Below are positions 20,430 through 28,908 of a DNA stretch of 64,000 nt, piece after piece (within the stretch, counting starts at the first letter, position 1; every line of letters begins with the position of its first letter). Origin of the DNA: a virus. The translations under genes and the position numbers were made by a program. A model generated the notes under the pieces. That model was not told the DNA's origin and searched no databases. It worked only from the letters and a program-made list of their open reading frames with translations. The stretch is from positions 1 through 64,000 of IMG/VR virus record IMGVR_UViG_3300028399_000005. One strand, 5' to 3'.

Positions 20430-20513
20430 TCTCGCTATGAAAAACGAAGTTATGAATAATAAGTCTATCGAAGAAAAAAACGGCGGGGAATCGGGCAAAA
20501 ATCGCTCTTAGAA

Positions 20514-21071
20514 TCAAAAATAGATCACGAACTTGGAGAGTTCGTGGTCGATGAGATAGTAGTGGAACTCACTTCTGTTCTCATCGATCTCGAGCTCGGC
20601 GTAAAGCACGTCCTTGATGACTCTTGCGAGCCATAGTCTGTGCTTGGGAGATCCTCTTCTGATCGAGCCAGCGATCTTGATCCTCAACCCGAGGCTTCTA
20701 ACTCTTGGACTGTTGATATAATCGTTGTCGTCAAGCGACTCGAAGCTCATGTCGGCCATAAGACCGCCATGCTCGAGGTCGCGGGCACCGTCGAAGTAGA
20801 CGTGGTAAGCGTAGTACGGCTCATAGTCGTCGTCGTAGCTATAGTCATCAACGGCGGAGTAGTCGATCTCCTTGATGTTGTTTAGGCTGGCACTGGGGTC
20901 GATTCTCGCCATGAGAGAGCTTGCGAATCTTAGCGCTCTCTCCTTGTTCGCGTCGGAGAAGAGGTAATAACCTACCTCTCCGTCGATATTGACTATATGG
21001 ACGGGGTCGCCCCCGTCCTCAGACATCACGATAAGTGATATGTCAAGTCCCTTGTGGAATAATCCTATCAT
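20514..21071 (-). CDS. acidic hypothetical protein (class I promoter)
   Basis: Leaderless ATG after class I promoter. Confidence 0.7.
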   Translation of the reverse strand: MIGLFHKGLDISLIVMSEDGGDPVHIVNIDGEVGYYLFSDANKERALRFASSLMARIDPSASLNNIKEIDYSAVDDYSYDDDYEPYYAYHVYFDGARDLEHGGLMADMSFESLDDNDYINSPRVRSLGLRIKIAGSIRRGSPKHRLWLARVIKDVLYAELEIDENRSEFHYYLIDHELSKFVIYF

Positions 21072-21130
21072 CAAGAAAGTATAGGAAGTGATAATATAAA
21101 AAGGTTGTGGTCTATATGTGTTTTTCCCGA

Positions 21131-22747
21131 TCAAATGAGTGGGGCGATGAATAGAACAACGGTCTTCCCATCGAGGGAGCCCGCCTCATCGCCGTCATCG
21201 CCATCTCCGAAAAGATCGTCGGCGCTCTCCTTTCTCGGAATCTCCCATGCAACGCCCATGATCGCAGTGTCCTTCAAGTCGGCGTCCGTATCAGCCAAAC
21301 CAGGGGTCTCCGTGTAGCAAATGAAGGTCTTCGACGGGGCGACGCCGACTCGCTTCCAGACCTCGAACAGCGAGCTCGTGAAAATATGGCGATCAAAAAA
21401 GATAGACTTCGAAGAATCGGGGTAGCGGAAATACTGGAAATACGCAAAAGGCAGTTCAAGGATTTCTGCGACGAAGTACTCCTCGACGACGTCCTTGAAA
21501 CGCAACCAGTCGTTTTCTTTCCCAAGAGAGTAATCCCAGAGACTGCTCTCTTCGAGAGGCAGAACGAAGTCTTGCCATCGCTCTTTTGGGTCGAAAGTTG
21601 AAAGGGCGTTTTCGAACGCCAAAAAAACCGTAGTATCCCCGAAAGTGTGTTTTGCGTGAATTTGCACGTTGTCAAACCGTTTGCGAATACTTTCTAAAAC
21701 ATCATCGAGCTTTTTTGACAACACAACAACGCTCGAAACGTTGTCCGCCGAGTAAAAGCTCTTAAACTCGACCGCCCCGCCTAAGAACATAAATTGTTGA
21801 ATAATGAAAGCCCTTGAGGACGGCTTGAGGTTCGTATTGCACCAAATATGCTCGTTGATCACTCGGGGGAACGTCCGAGACAAGCTCTCATAGAAATCGA
21901 AGACCGTGCTCACGGGCTTTCCCTTGACAGCCTTGGCCTTCGCCCGATTGAAAGCATTGAGCGTCGGGAACGTCGTGTATTTCTTTTGTTTGAATGATGT
22001 TGCTTTCGTTTCTAAGAAAAGCCGTAGCAACCAGTCCAACGCCTCGATCTGGTCTCTTTCTTCGTTTGGAGCTGGGAAGAACTCATCGACGAGCGAGGAC
22101 ATCTTCATCTCGTAGTCAGCTTCTCGCCGAATCGCCTTCGTGCCGTGGAACGCCCTCGAAACAACGGTACCACGAATGTTTGCAGGCGAGTGGCGCAACG
22201 CAACACCGAGAGCTCTGAACGGTTTCTTGTCTTCCTTGATGCTCGCGAGCAATTTGCGAGCGGAGTGCATCGTGTCGTTCGAACCAGCGAGCATGAAGTC
22301 AAGAGCGACGAGGTTCAGAGCGTGCTTGTCCGCAAACGCCTTGAGGATGATGGCGCTCTTTGATACGAAAACGCCGAACCCTTGCTCGAGCTGTTGCTTG
22401 TCGTCGTCATCCAGCTCTTGTTCTTTCTCTTCTCGCTTCTTCCAACGCTTCTTGAGAAATATCATGACGAGCTTCTCGAAGTCAAGGTCGTAGAACTTGC
22501 GCAACCCGTCCTCAATCCACGCGCTGTCTGGGTCGAGGGCGCATCGTTTGATCGCAATGTCGAACATCTTGAACAAGTCGAACAGCAAGGCAAAAACGAC
22601 TTCGTCTTCGTGTTTTTGGATCAGCCGAACCTCGTCGGCGAACGTTGGTTTCTTCCTCGAGGCGTCTCGCAAGGCGTCCTTGTAGGTTTGGAGCAAGGAT
22701 CGAAGGTCTTGAGACGCCCGATCAAGGTATGGTTCTATCGTTGCCAT
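21131..22747 (-). CDS. hypothetical protein (538 aa)
   Basis: Long ORF; class II box at 22788. Confidence 0.8.
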   Translation of the reverse strand: MATIEPYLDRASQDLRSLLQTYKDALRDASRKKPTFADEVRLIQKHEDEVVFALLFDLFKMFDIAIKRCALDPDSAWIEDGLRKFYDLDFEKLVMIFLKKRWKKREEKEQELDDDDKQQLEQGFGVFVSKSAIILKAFADKHALNLVALDFMLAGSNDTMHSARKLLASIKEDKKPFRALGVALRHSPANIRGTVVSRAFHGTKAIRREADYEMKMSSLVDEFFPAPNEERDQIEALDWLLRLFLETKATSFKQKKYTTFPTLNAFNRAKAKAVKGKPVSTVFDFYESLSRTFPRVINEHIWCNTNLKPSSRAFIIQQFMFLGGAVEFKSFYSADNVSSVVVLSKKLDDVLESIRKRFDNVQIHAKHTFGDTTVFLAFENALSTFDPKERWQDFVLPLEESSLWDYSLGKENDWLRFKDVVEEYFVAEILELPFAYFQYFRYPDSSKSIFFDRHIFTSSLFEVWKRVGVAPSKTFICYTETPGLADTDADLKDTAIMGVAWEIPRKESADDLFGDGDDGDEAGSLDGKTVVLFIAPLI

Positions 22748-22820
22748 CGTCGAGGATTCGAAGCGATCGCTTAAAAACCGAACTAAACGTTATAACGATG
22801 CCTCATTATTATATAAGCGA

Positions 22821-23135
22821 TTGTGGGATAGAACAATGATAGCTATGCTCGTACGAATATACGTTTTCGCAGGAATCACTTACGGTGAGGAAGAACACAT
22901 CAAGACGCTGGTTCGAGAAAACATTGTTTCTCGTTCCAAGAAGTTCAAGCGAAACAAGCTCGCTATTCGTGCCACGCGAGAAGAAACATACGCGTTGTTC
23001 GAGTTCGACATCGTGCGCTACGATGACTACAAGCCTGGGTTGCAACGAATCAAGTATGCACTCGAAAAGGACGGCTATAACGTCATGATCGAGCTCTTTA
23101 GCAAGCGGGACAACACCGTCGTGCGAAGGCTTTGA
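22821..23135 (+). CDS. hypothetical protein upstream of polB
   Basis: ~100-aa ORF co-oriented with polB; start probably 22836-22845. Confidence 0.6.
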   Translation: MWDRTMIAMLVRIYVFAGITYGEEEHIKTLVRENIVSRSKKFKRNKLAIRATREETYALFEFDIVRYDDYKPGLQRIKYALEKDGYNVMIELFSKRDNTVVRRL

Positions 23136-23147
23136 CAAGGTGGTACC

Positions 23148-25724
23148 GTGGCGAGAAAGCTTCCCTACCCGTTGTACAAAGTTCTGCGCATAGACCACGA
23201 CGAAACGGACGAAGCGGGGCTCGTGATAAGTGCTTTGCGGGAAGACGGTACGAGAGTGCGTTTCTTCGTCAAGAACTTCAAGCGCTACTCGTTCGTCAAG
23301 AAAAGCGACTATGAACGCCTCGGGATCGGTCGATACATCGGGAACAACGATCTCCCCGTGGTCGTCGAAGAGGAAGGATTTAGGTTCCTTCTCGACGGCG
23401 AAGAAGTATATACGCTCAAAACACGCAAACCCGTCGTCCTCTCAAAAATGAAGGAAAGGTTCGGTGCGGACGTAATACACCAAGCGGACGTGCTCTACCC
23501 GACGGCGTTCATGGTCTGGATCGGGCTCAAGCGGTTCTTCTACCTCGAGAACGCCGCGTTGCTCGCAATGATGGGCGACGACCACGGCTCGGAAATAGAC
23601 TACCGCCAGATAAAGCCTGTAGCGGACGAGGACGTCCCAGCGGAGCGACGATTCATCTTCAAGCACCGCGTCGCCTACGTGGACATCGAGGTCTTGCCGA
23701 AAGAAGGCTCGGTCTCGTTCATCGACGTGGAAAAAGCCGAGGAACCCGTGCACGTTGTGAGCGTGGTGATCCGTGGCGAGGACAAAGACGTCGAACGAGT
23801 GTTCCTTCTCACAAGTGATCGTCGGCTCGTCAAGCATGGAACGACAATGCGCCACAAGTTCTACGACGTTGATTGCGAGATTCTCTTCGTCGCAAACGAG
23901 CGAGAAATGCTTTTGGCCCTCGACAAGACGCTCGCAGAGGTTACCGTGGTCTCGTTCTGGAACTTCAAGTTCGACGTGCCGTACTTGACCAAGAGAGCGC
24001 AAAAGCTCGGTGTTCGCCTCGATTTCTTGCGGGAAGCGATGATCTTCGACGCAATGATCGCTTTCTCGAAGTATCAACGTATAGACAGCTATCAGAAGCT
24101 CAAGAGTGTATTTGACTTCTTGCAAAAGTTCCGAGCGTCCGAGTTCGAGAAATTGCCACCGCAGTTCCGCACGGAAATAGGAAAGCGCTACATCGACGCA
24201 AGGCGTTCGCAGTCGGGGTCTTCTGCGATCACGGACGTTCGCTCGGGGAAAGTAGCCGAATACTTGTTCTACTCGTTCTCGGACGTGCTCGACATGTGGG
24301 CGCTCGACGAGGTTTGCGGGACGGACAGCTTCTTAGGGCTCATTGACGCCATCGGCCTCGCCGACCCGCTCGACGTTTTCATGCACTCGTCCACGCTCGA
24401 CCCCGTTCATTTGTTCTTCGCCATGCGCCACAAGGTCGCTTCCCCGAGCAAGATCCGAGACCGCAAGGAAGAAGTCATCCGCGGGGCGATCGTCTTCGAG
24501 CCGAAAGTCGGGTTGCACGAGAACGTGCTCGTGCTCGACATCTCGCACTACTACCCCTCGATCATTCTCTCGAAGGAAGTCAGCCCCGAGAACGTGCCTG
24601 GCAGGGAGAACAACCCTCGCATGTTCGACGGGCAGTTCTTCCTCGTTGCGTTCATGGAGCGCATGCTCAAGCTACGCTACCACTACGAAGCGTTGCGAGA
24701 TGCTACCGACGACCCTATTTTGAAGGATCGCTACGCGAAGGAAGCGTGGCGAGTGAAAACACTCACCTCGGGTGAATGGGGCTACATTGCTTCCGAGAGG
24801 AACCGCTACTATGCGGGCCACGTGAAACGAATCATCCTCGAAGAATCGAGGCGGGGGATCCAGAGAATCGCCGATTTTGTGAAAACGCAAGGCGTTGAGC
24901 TCATCGGCGGGGACACCGATTCCGTGTTCGTGCAGATCCTCGGCGAAGCAACGGTCGAGAGAATCCGCTCGCTCGAGCAAGCTATCAACGCGATGCTTGA
25001 CGATTATTGCAGAGAGCAAGGATACACTCAAAAGATCAAGCTCAAGGCGGAAAAGCTCGGCGGGCGAATGCTCATCACGCGCAAGAAGCGCTACGCAATG
25101 ATGATCGTTTGGAAGCAAGGGGACGCCGAGATCAAGCCCCTCGAGCAAGGAAAGCTCTACGTCAAGGGGCTCGACCTCGTCCGTGGCGACACCCCGCTCG
25201 TGGCAAAACATCTCCAACAAAGAATTCTTGACAAGATACTCAAAGAGGACGTAGAAAGCGCTCTTTCGTTCTTCGTCGATTATTACCACTCGATCGAGAA
25301 AAAGGCTCGAGAACTCCGAAAAAACGGCAAAAACAAGGACACCGAGTTCATAGAATCAATCGCTGTTCCGATCAACTTCAAAGCCGAGCTCGAGAGTTAC
25401 AAGAAAGGAACGTCATTCCATACGTACGCCAAGAGCGCAAGCGTCTGGAACGAGAGATTCCCAGATGAGCAAATCGGCGCACGGACGAAGTGCTTCGTCG
25501 TGTATTTCACGGACACGTACGATCAAGCATATCGTGGCCTCGATCGCGTCGTTTTCACGAACTCGGCCCTCGTGGATTGGAGCAAGTTCGAGATCGACGT
25601 TCGAAAGCACTTCGAGATCGCCGTGATCCGCAAAGTCTCGCTCCTCTTCGACAGCGTCGGCTATGACGAGGACAAGCTTCTCTCGCGGATCGCTGGCACC
25701 GTGGGAGCGGAAGACTTGTTCTGA
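23148..25724 (+). CDS. polB: family B DNA polymerase
   Basis: ExoI DIE, ExoII NFKFD, motif A DISHYYPS, motif C GDTDS, KKRY, KGLDLVR. Confidence 0.95.
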   Translation: MARKLPYPLYKVLRIDHDETDEAGLVISALREDGTRVRFFVKNFKRYSFVKKSDYERLGIGRYIGNNDLPVVVEEEGFRFLLDGEEVYTLKTRKPVVLSKMKERFGADVIHQADVLYPTAFMVWIGLKRFFYLENAALLAMMGDDHGSEIDYRQIKPVADEDVPAERRFIFKHRVAYVDIEVLPKEGSVSFIDVEKAEEPVHVVSVVIRGEDKDVERVFLLTSDRRLVKHGTTMRHKFYDVDCEILFVANEREMLLALDKTLAEVTVVSFWNFKFDVPYLTKRAQKLGVRLDFLREAMIFDAMIAFSKYQRIDSYQKLKSVFDFLQKFRASEFEKLPPQFRTEIGKRYIDARRSQSGSSAITDVRSGKVAEYLFYSFSDVLDMWALDEVCGTDSFLGLIDAIGLADPLDVFMHSSTLDPVHLFFAMRHKVASPSKIRDRKEEVIRGAIVFEPKVGLHENVLVLDISHYYPSIILSKEVSPENVPGRENNPRMFDGQFFLVAFMERMLKLRYHYEALRDATDDPILKDRYAKEAWRVKTLTSGEWGYIASERNRYYAGHVKRIILEESRRGIQRIADFVKTQGVELIGGDTDSVFVQILGEATVERIRSLEQAINAMLDDYCREQGYTQKIKLKAEKLGGRMLITRKKRYAMMIVWKQGDAEIKPLEQGKLYVKGLDLVRGDTPLVAKHLQQRILDKILKEDVESALSFFVDYYHSIEKKARELRKNGKNKDTEFIESIAVPINFKAELESYKKGTSFHTYAKSASVWNERFPDEQIGARTKCFVVYFTDTYDQAYRGLDRVVFTNSALVDWSKFEIDVRKHFEIAVIRKVSLLFDSVGYDEDKLLSRIAGTVGAEDLF

Positions 25725-25737
25725 GAGGTAGGTTCAC

Positions 25738-26619
25738 ATGACAGAAAAAGAAGGCAACAATGTCGAAATTCCCCGAATAACCCCTGTTTTCGCCCCGTTA
25801 GAGCCACTTGACAGCAAGACCCGAACAAAAGATCGGCCAAAAAGAAAACCCTCGAAAAGACGCAAAAAGCGGGCAATTTCGAGGGCGAAAAAGACCGCCC
25901 CGAAAGTAGTCATCACGATCGACGTCCGAGAGCAAGGAGCGTCGAAAATCCAACATTTCCTACGGTCGAAAGGCTGGGACGTTCGTCTCAAGATGATCCC
26001 CGTGGGCGACTATATCGTGGAAAGCGACGAGGGCGAATACGTCATCATCGAGCGGAAAACCGCCCCCGATTTGTTCCGTTCGCTCATCGATGGTAGACTC
26101 GATTTGCAGATCACGGAGCTCGGCGCCCACGAGCACTCGATCGTGGCGATCGTCGGGAGCGCCTACGATCCTCGGGCGAGCGAGAGCATGCGGAACGGCG
26201 AGTTCCCGCAACGAGTGGTCAGCGTCTTGACGAGCTTGGCGGTACGCGTGCCCGCCACGGGCTGGCGTCCGAGCTTGCTCTTCTTACGTAACGAGAACGA
26301 CTTCATGCTCTCGCTCGACTACATCGCTCGCTTGCTCCGAGACCGCCGTATCTATCGAGAAGAGCCCGCAACGCTCTTTCGGAGCTTGCAGAACCCGAGA
26401 AAGTCGATTGACGCGAAAGACCCCCGCCTCGTGCACGCGGTGCGGGTGCGGATCATCTCGAGCATCCCAGGCATCGGGCGCAACATTGCGAGCGAGATCT
26501 TGCATCATTTCGACGGCTCGCTCGAAGCGGTGTTCTCGGCGACGGTCGATCAATTGGAAAAAGTGCGTGGAATAGGAGCAAAACGGGCGATGATGATCTG
26601 GAACTTTCTTCATTCGTGA
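25738..26619 (+). CDS. XPF/ERCC4-family structure-specific nuclease with HhH2
   Basis: IDVRE, GDY, IERKT...D; C-terminal IPGIG and VRGIG HhH pair. Confidence 0.92.
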   Translation: MTEKEGNNVEIPRITPVFAPLEPLDSKTRTKDRPKRKPSKRRKKRAISRAKKTAPKVVITIDVREQGASKIQHFLRSKGWDVRLKMIPVGDYIVESDEGEYVIIERKTAPDLFRSLIDGRLDLQITELGAHEHSIVAIVGSAYDPRASESMRNGEFPQRVVSVLTSLAVRVPATGWRPSLLFLRNENDFMLSLDYIARLLRDRRIYREEPATLFRSLQNPRKSIDAKDPRLVHAVRVRIISSIPGIGRNIASEILHHFDGSLEAVFSATVDQLEKVRGIGAKRAMMIWNFLHS

Positions 26620-26651
26620 AAAAGTGCGGGCGGGGAAGTTTTTTGTTCTTT

Positions 26652-27608
26652 TTACCAAGTTGCGTCTTCGAACTCTTCGGCGATTACGAAGAGATCGGCG
26701 GTTAGGTCAGTAAAGGCATAGAACATACCGTATTCCTCGATTGCCTCGTCGACACGGGCGACGTATTCTGCGACGAGTTCATCGTCGTCGGATTCCTTGT
26801 TGAAGAACTTGATGAGTTCTTCTTTGATTAGTTTCTTGAATTTCTTGAAAGCGTCGAAGTCGGGGTCGGTGTAGAAAACGTATCTGCGCCCCCATGGGGT
26901 GTTGCTCTCATAAGGGTCTTCGCTTGCGTCGACGGTCTTGATGAGACCAGCCTCTTCTAAGACGTCGACCATGGGGATGCTGTCGTGGATGGAGATGACT
27001 TCGGTGCCTGTCTCGATGTCGTAGTCGGAGTCCGCAAACCCCATGTAGTGCTCACATGGGATGAAGACTCCTTCCCAGACTGTATTGGGAGTTCCGTCGT
27101 CGTGGTACCCAATTATTTCTTGGCGGGTGTCATACAATGGTTCTTTGCACACTGGACAGTAAATGTTCGGCGCAGAGCCATTCTTGAGAAGTCCGTCAAA
27201 AGGCTTATAACCCTCGAGTGAGGGATTCTCTCGGAGTTCGTGGATGATGAACTCCCATATTATTCTAACTCGCAACCTCTTTCCAATGTTCTTCGCCCTG
27301 GCGATGGGATGATTTGTGTATTCTCTTTCCCATCCCAGGGGGTTTTGATGGGTTGCGAGGTAGAAATGTAGGTATTCATTGATGGCGATCTCGTGGCATG
27401 TTGCCACTTTATGAAAAGTGTTGAGGTTCGCCACGAAATCGGAAAGGTCGCGATCGAGCTCGATTGCGGTCTTGATCACGCGCAGAAGGTATTCGTGCGC
27501 GTGCTTGTAGTAGAGAGGCACAAGAGCCTCTCGGGCGTATCTCTTTAGTTTTTTAATTGATGGGGCGATTTGTTTTAATTGTTCGAGCGGTGGCATTTTC
27601 TTTGTCAT
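26652..27608 (-). CDS. hypothetical protein (class I promoter)
   Basis: Leaderless ATG at 27608; CPVC...CEH. Confidence 0.75.
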   Translation of the reverse strand: MTKKMPPLEQLKQIAPSIKKLKRYAREALVPLYYKHAHEYLLRVIKTAIELDRDLSDFVANLNTFHKVATCHEIAINEYLHFYLATHQNPLGWEREYTNHPIARAKNIGKRLRVRIIWEFIIHELRENPSLEGYKPFDGLLKNGSAPNIYCPVCKEPLYDTRQEIIGYHDDGTPNTVWEGVFIPCEHYMGFADSDYDIETGTEVISIHDSIPMVDVLEEAGLIKTVDASEDPYESNTPWGRRYVFYTDPDFDAFKKFKKLIKEELIKFFNKESDDDELVAEYVARVDEAIEEYGMFYAFTDLTADLFVIAEEFEDATW

Positions 27609-27731
27609 CAATATAATATAGGAAGTGATAATATATAAAGGTTGTGGTAAAGACATGTTTTGATCCTTCTTTGGATGTATAATAGCGATAGTTTTTTATA
27701 AAGGTGGTTGGAATATGAGTATGAGAAGAAT

Positions 27732-27852
27732 GGGGCAGTAGCTCAGCCTGGGAGAGCGCGCGAGTAAAGCCCCCTTGCGCGCGCCACTCTGCGCACAGCA
27801 GATTGAGGGGGCCTCAGTGTAGTCGCGGGTTCAAATCCCGCCTGCTCCACCA
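27732..27852 (+). tRNA. tRNA-Ala-like RNA with a greatly expanded anticodon arm (121 nt)
   Basis: Acceptor GGGGCAG/CTGCTCC with G3.U70, A73 and encoded CCA; D arm GCTC/GAGC; T arm GCGGG-TTCAAAT-CCCGC; upstream TATA and downstream T-run. Confidence 0.85.
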
Positions 27853-28428
27853 CTTTTTTTGTGAAACAAGCCTAAACCCCGCCATCGTCTCGATGAGGTA
27901 ACTTCTCGTCGGTTTTCTTTGTGCAGATAACAATATTTTCGCAATTCTTTCTCGGATTCTTGCACTGCCCGAATGACTACGAAAAAAATGGCACTACAAG
28001 TATCCAGAACATACTTCAGGATTTTTTCGATTTTTCGGGGCAAAAACCCGAACTTTTTCGTTGAAAAAATCAGTTTCCAAGACAAAAAGTATAATTTCAC
28101 GATTAAGATTTTCAAAAAACTTAATGATTTACCTCAGTTTCCTATGAAAAGTATATCTTGAATACTCGAGCATATGTTTCATGGCGTGATACAAGCTATT
28201 GCAACAGAAATAATTATCGCCATTTCTTCTCGCATGTTTCAAGACCCGTGATACAAATATGAACTTAGAAAACAGTTCGGAACGTATCGAAAACAAAGAA
28301 GTCGAATAGCATGGCAGGATCCTACACAAGTTATGCATTTTTTCATATTCGCGCGCTCCGCACTTGTACTTACAAAATATTTCTTGTTACCACAACCTTT
28401 ATATATTTCTCATTCCTATAGTATATTG

Positions 28429-28902
28429 ATGACTGGACAAACAACTCTTGAAGAGTTTGCTCTTCGCCTCATCCCCGTGGGCGAAGAGATCGAAGTTGTT
28501 GTGAAAAAAGACGGGAAAGTAGTCGACTATGTCCCCGTCTTTCGAAAAGATAAAGCGAATTTCGTCCTCGGCACGTTCGAGGGTGTCGTCGAAGTCGAAG
28601 GCAAAACACCGCGCCAGGCGTTAAACGCGGTCAAACGTACACTCAAACAAACCTATGGCATTGTCAAATCGCGACGCAGACTACACACCGTCGACGTATC
28701 CCTCGAGCAGAGAGTCCTCGACTATATCGGGGACTACGACGAGTGGGTGCTCGTCTTCGACATATACGAACGCTACGATGTCGGGGTCTCGGAACTCATC
28801 GACGCTATTAAGAAGCTACACGAACAAGGAAGAATCGACGTGGCGGGCGGAATAACACCCCCGCCGATCCCAGCGAGCATGGCGCTCATCCGAAGAATCT
28901 AA
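28429..28902 (+). CDS. hypothetical protein with possible C-terminal winged helix (class I promoter)
   Basis: Leaderless ATG at 28429; SELIDAIKKLHEQGRI. Confidence 0.7.
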   Translation: MTGQTTLEEFALRLIPVGEEIEVVVKKDGKVVDYVPVFRKDKANFVLGTFEGVVEVEGKTPRQALNAVKRTLKQTYGIVKSRRRLHTVDVSLEQRVLDYIGDYDEWVLVFDIYERYDVGVSELIDAIKKLHEQGRIDVAGGITPPPIPASMALIRRI

Positions 28903-28908
28903 ACCCTC

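Noticed and set aside
27759-27819. Canonical 37/38 intron with bulge-helix-bulge
   Set aside because: No 3-4-3 BHB could be drawn and the resulting anticodon stem would have two mismatches; relaxed motifs are not excluded
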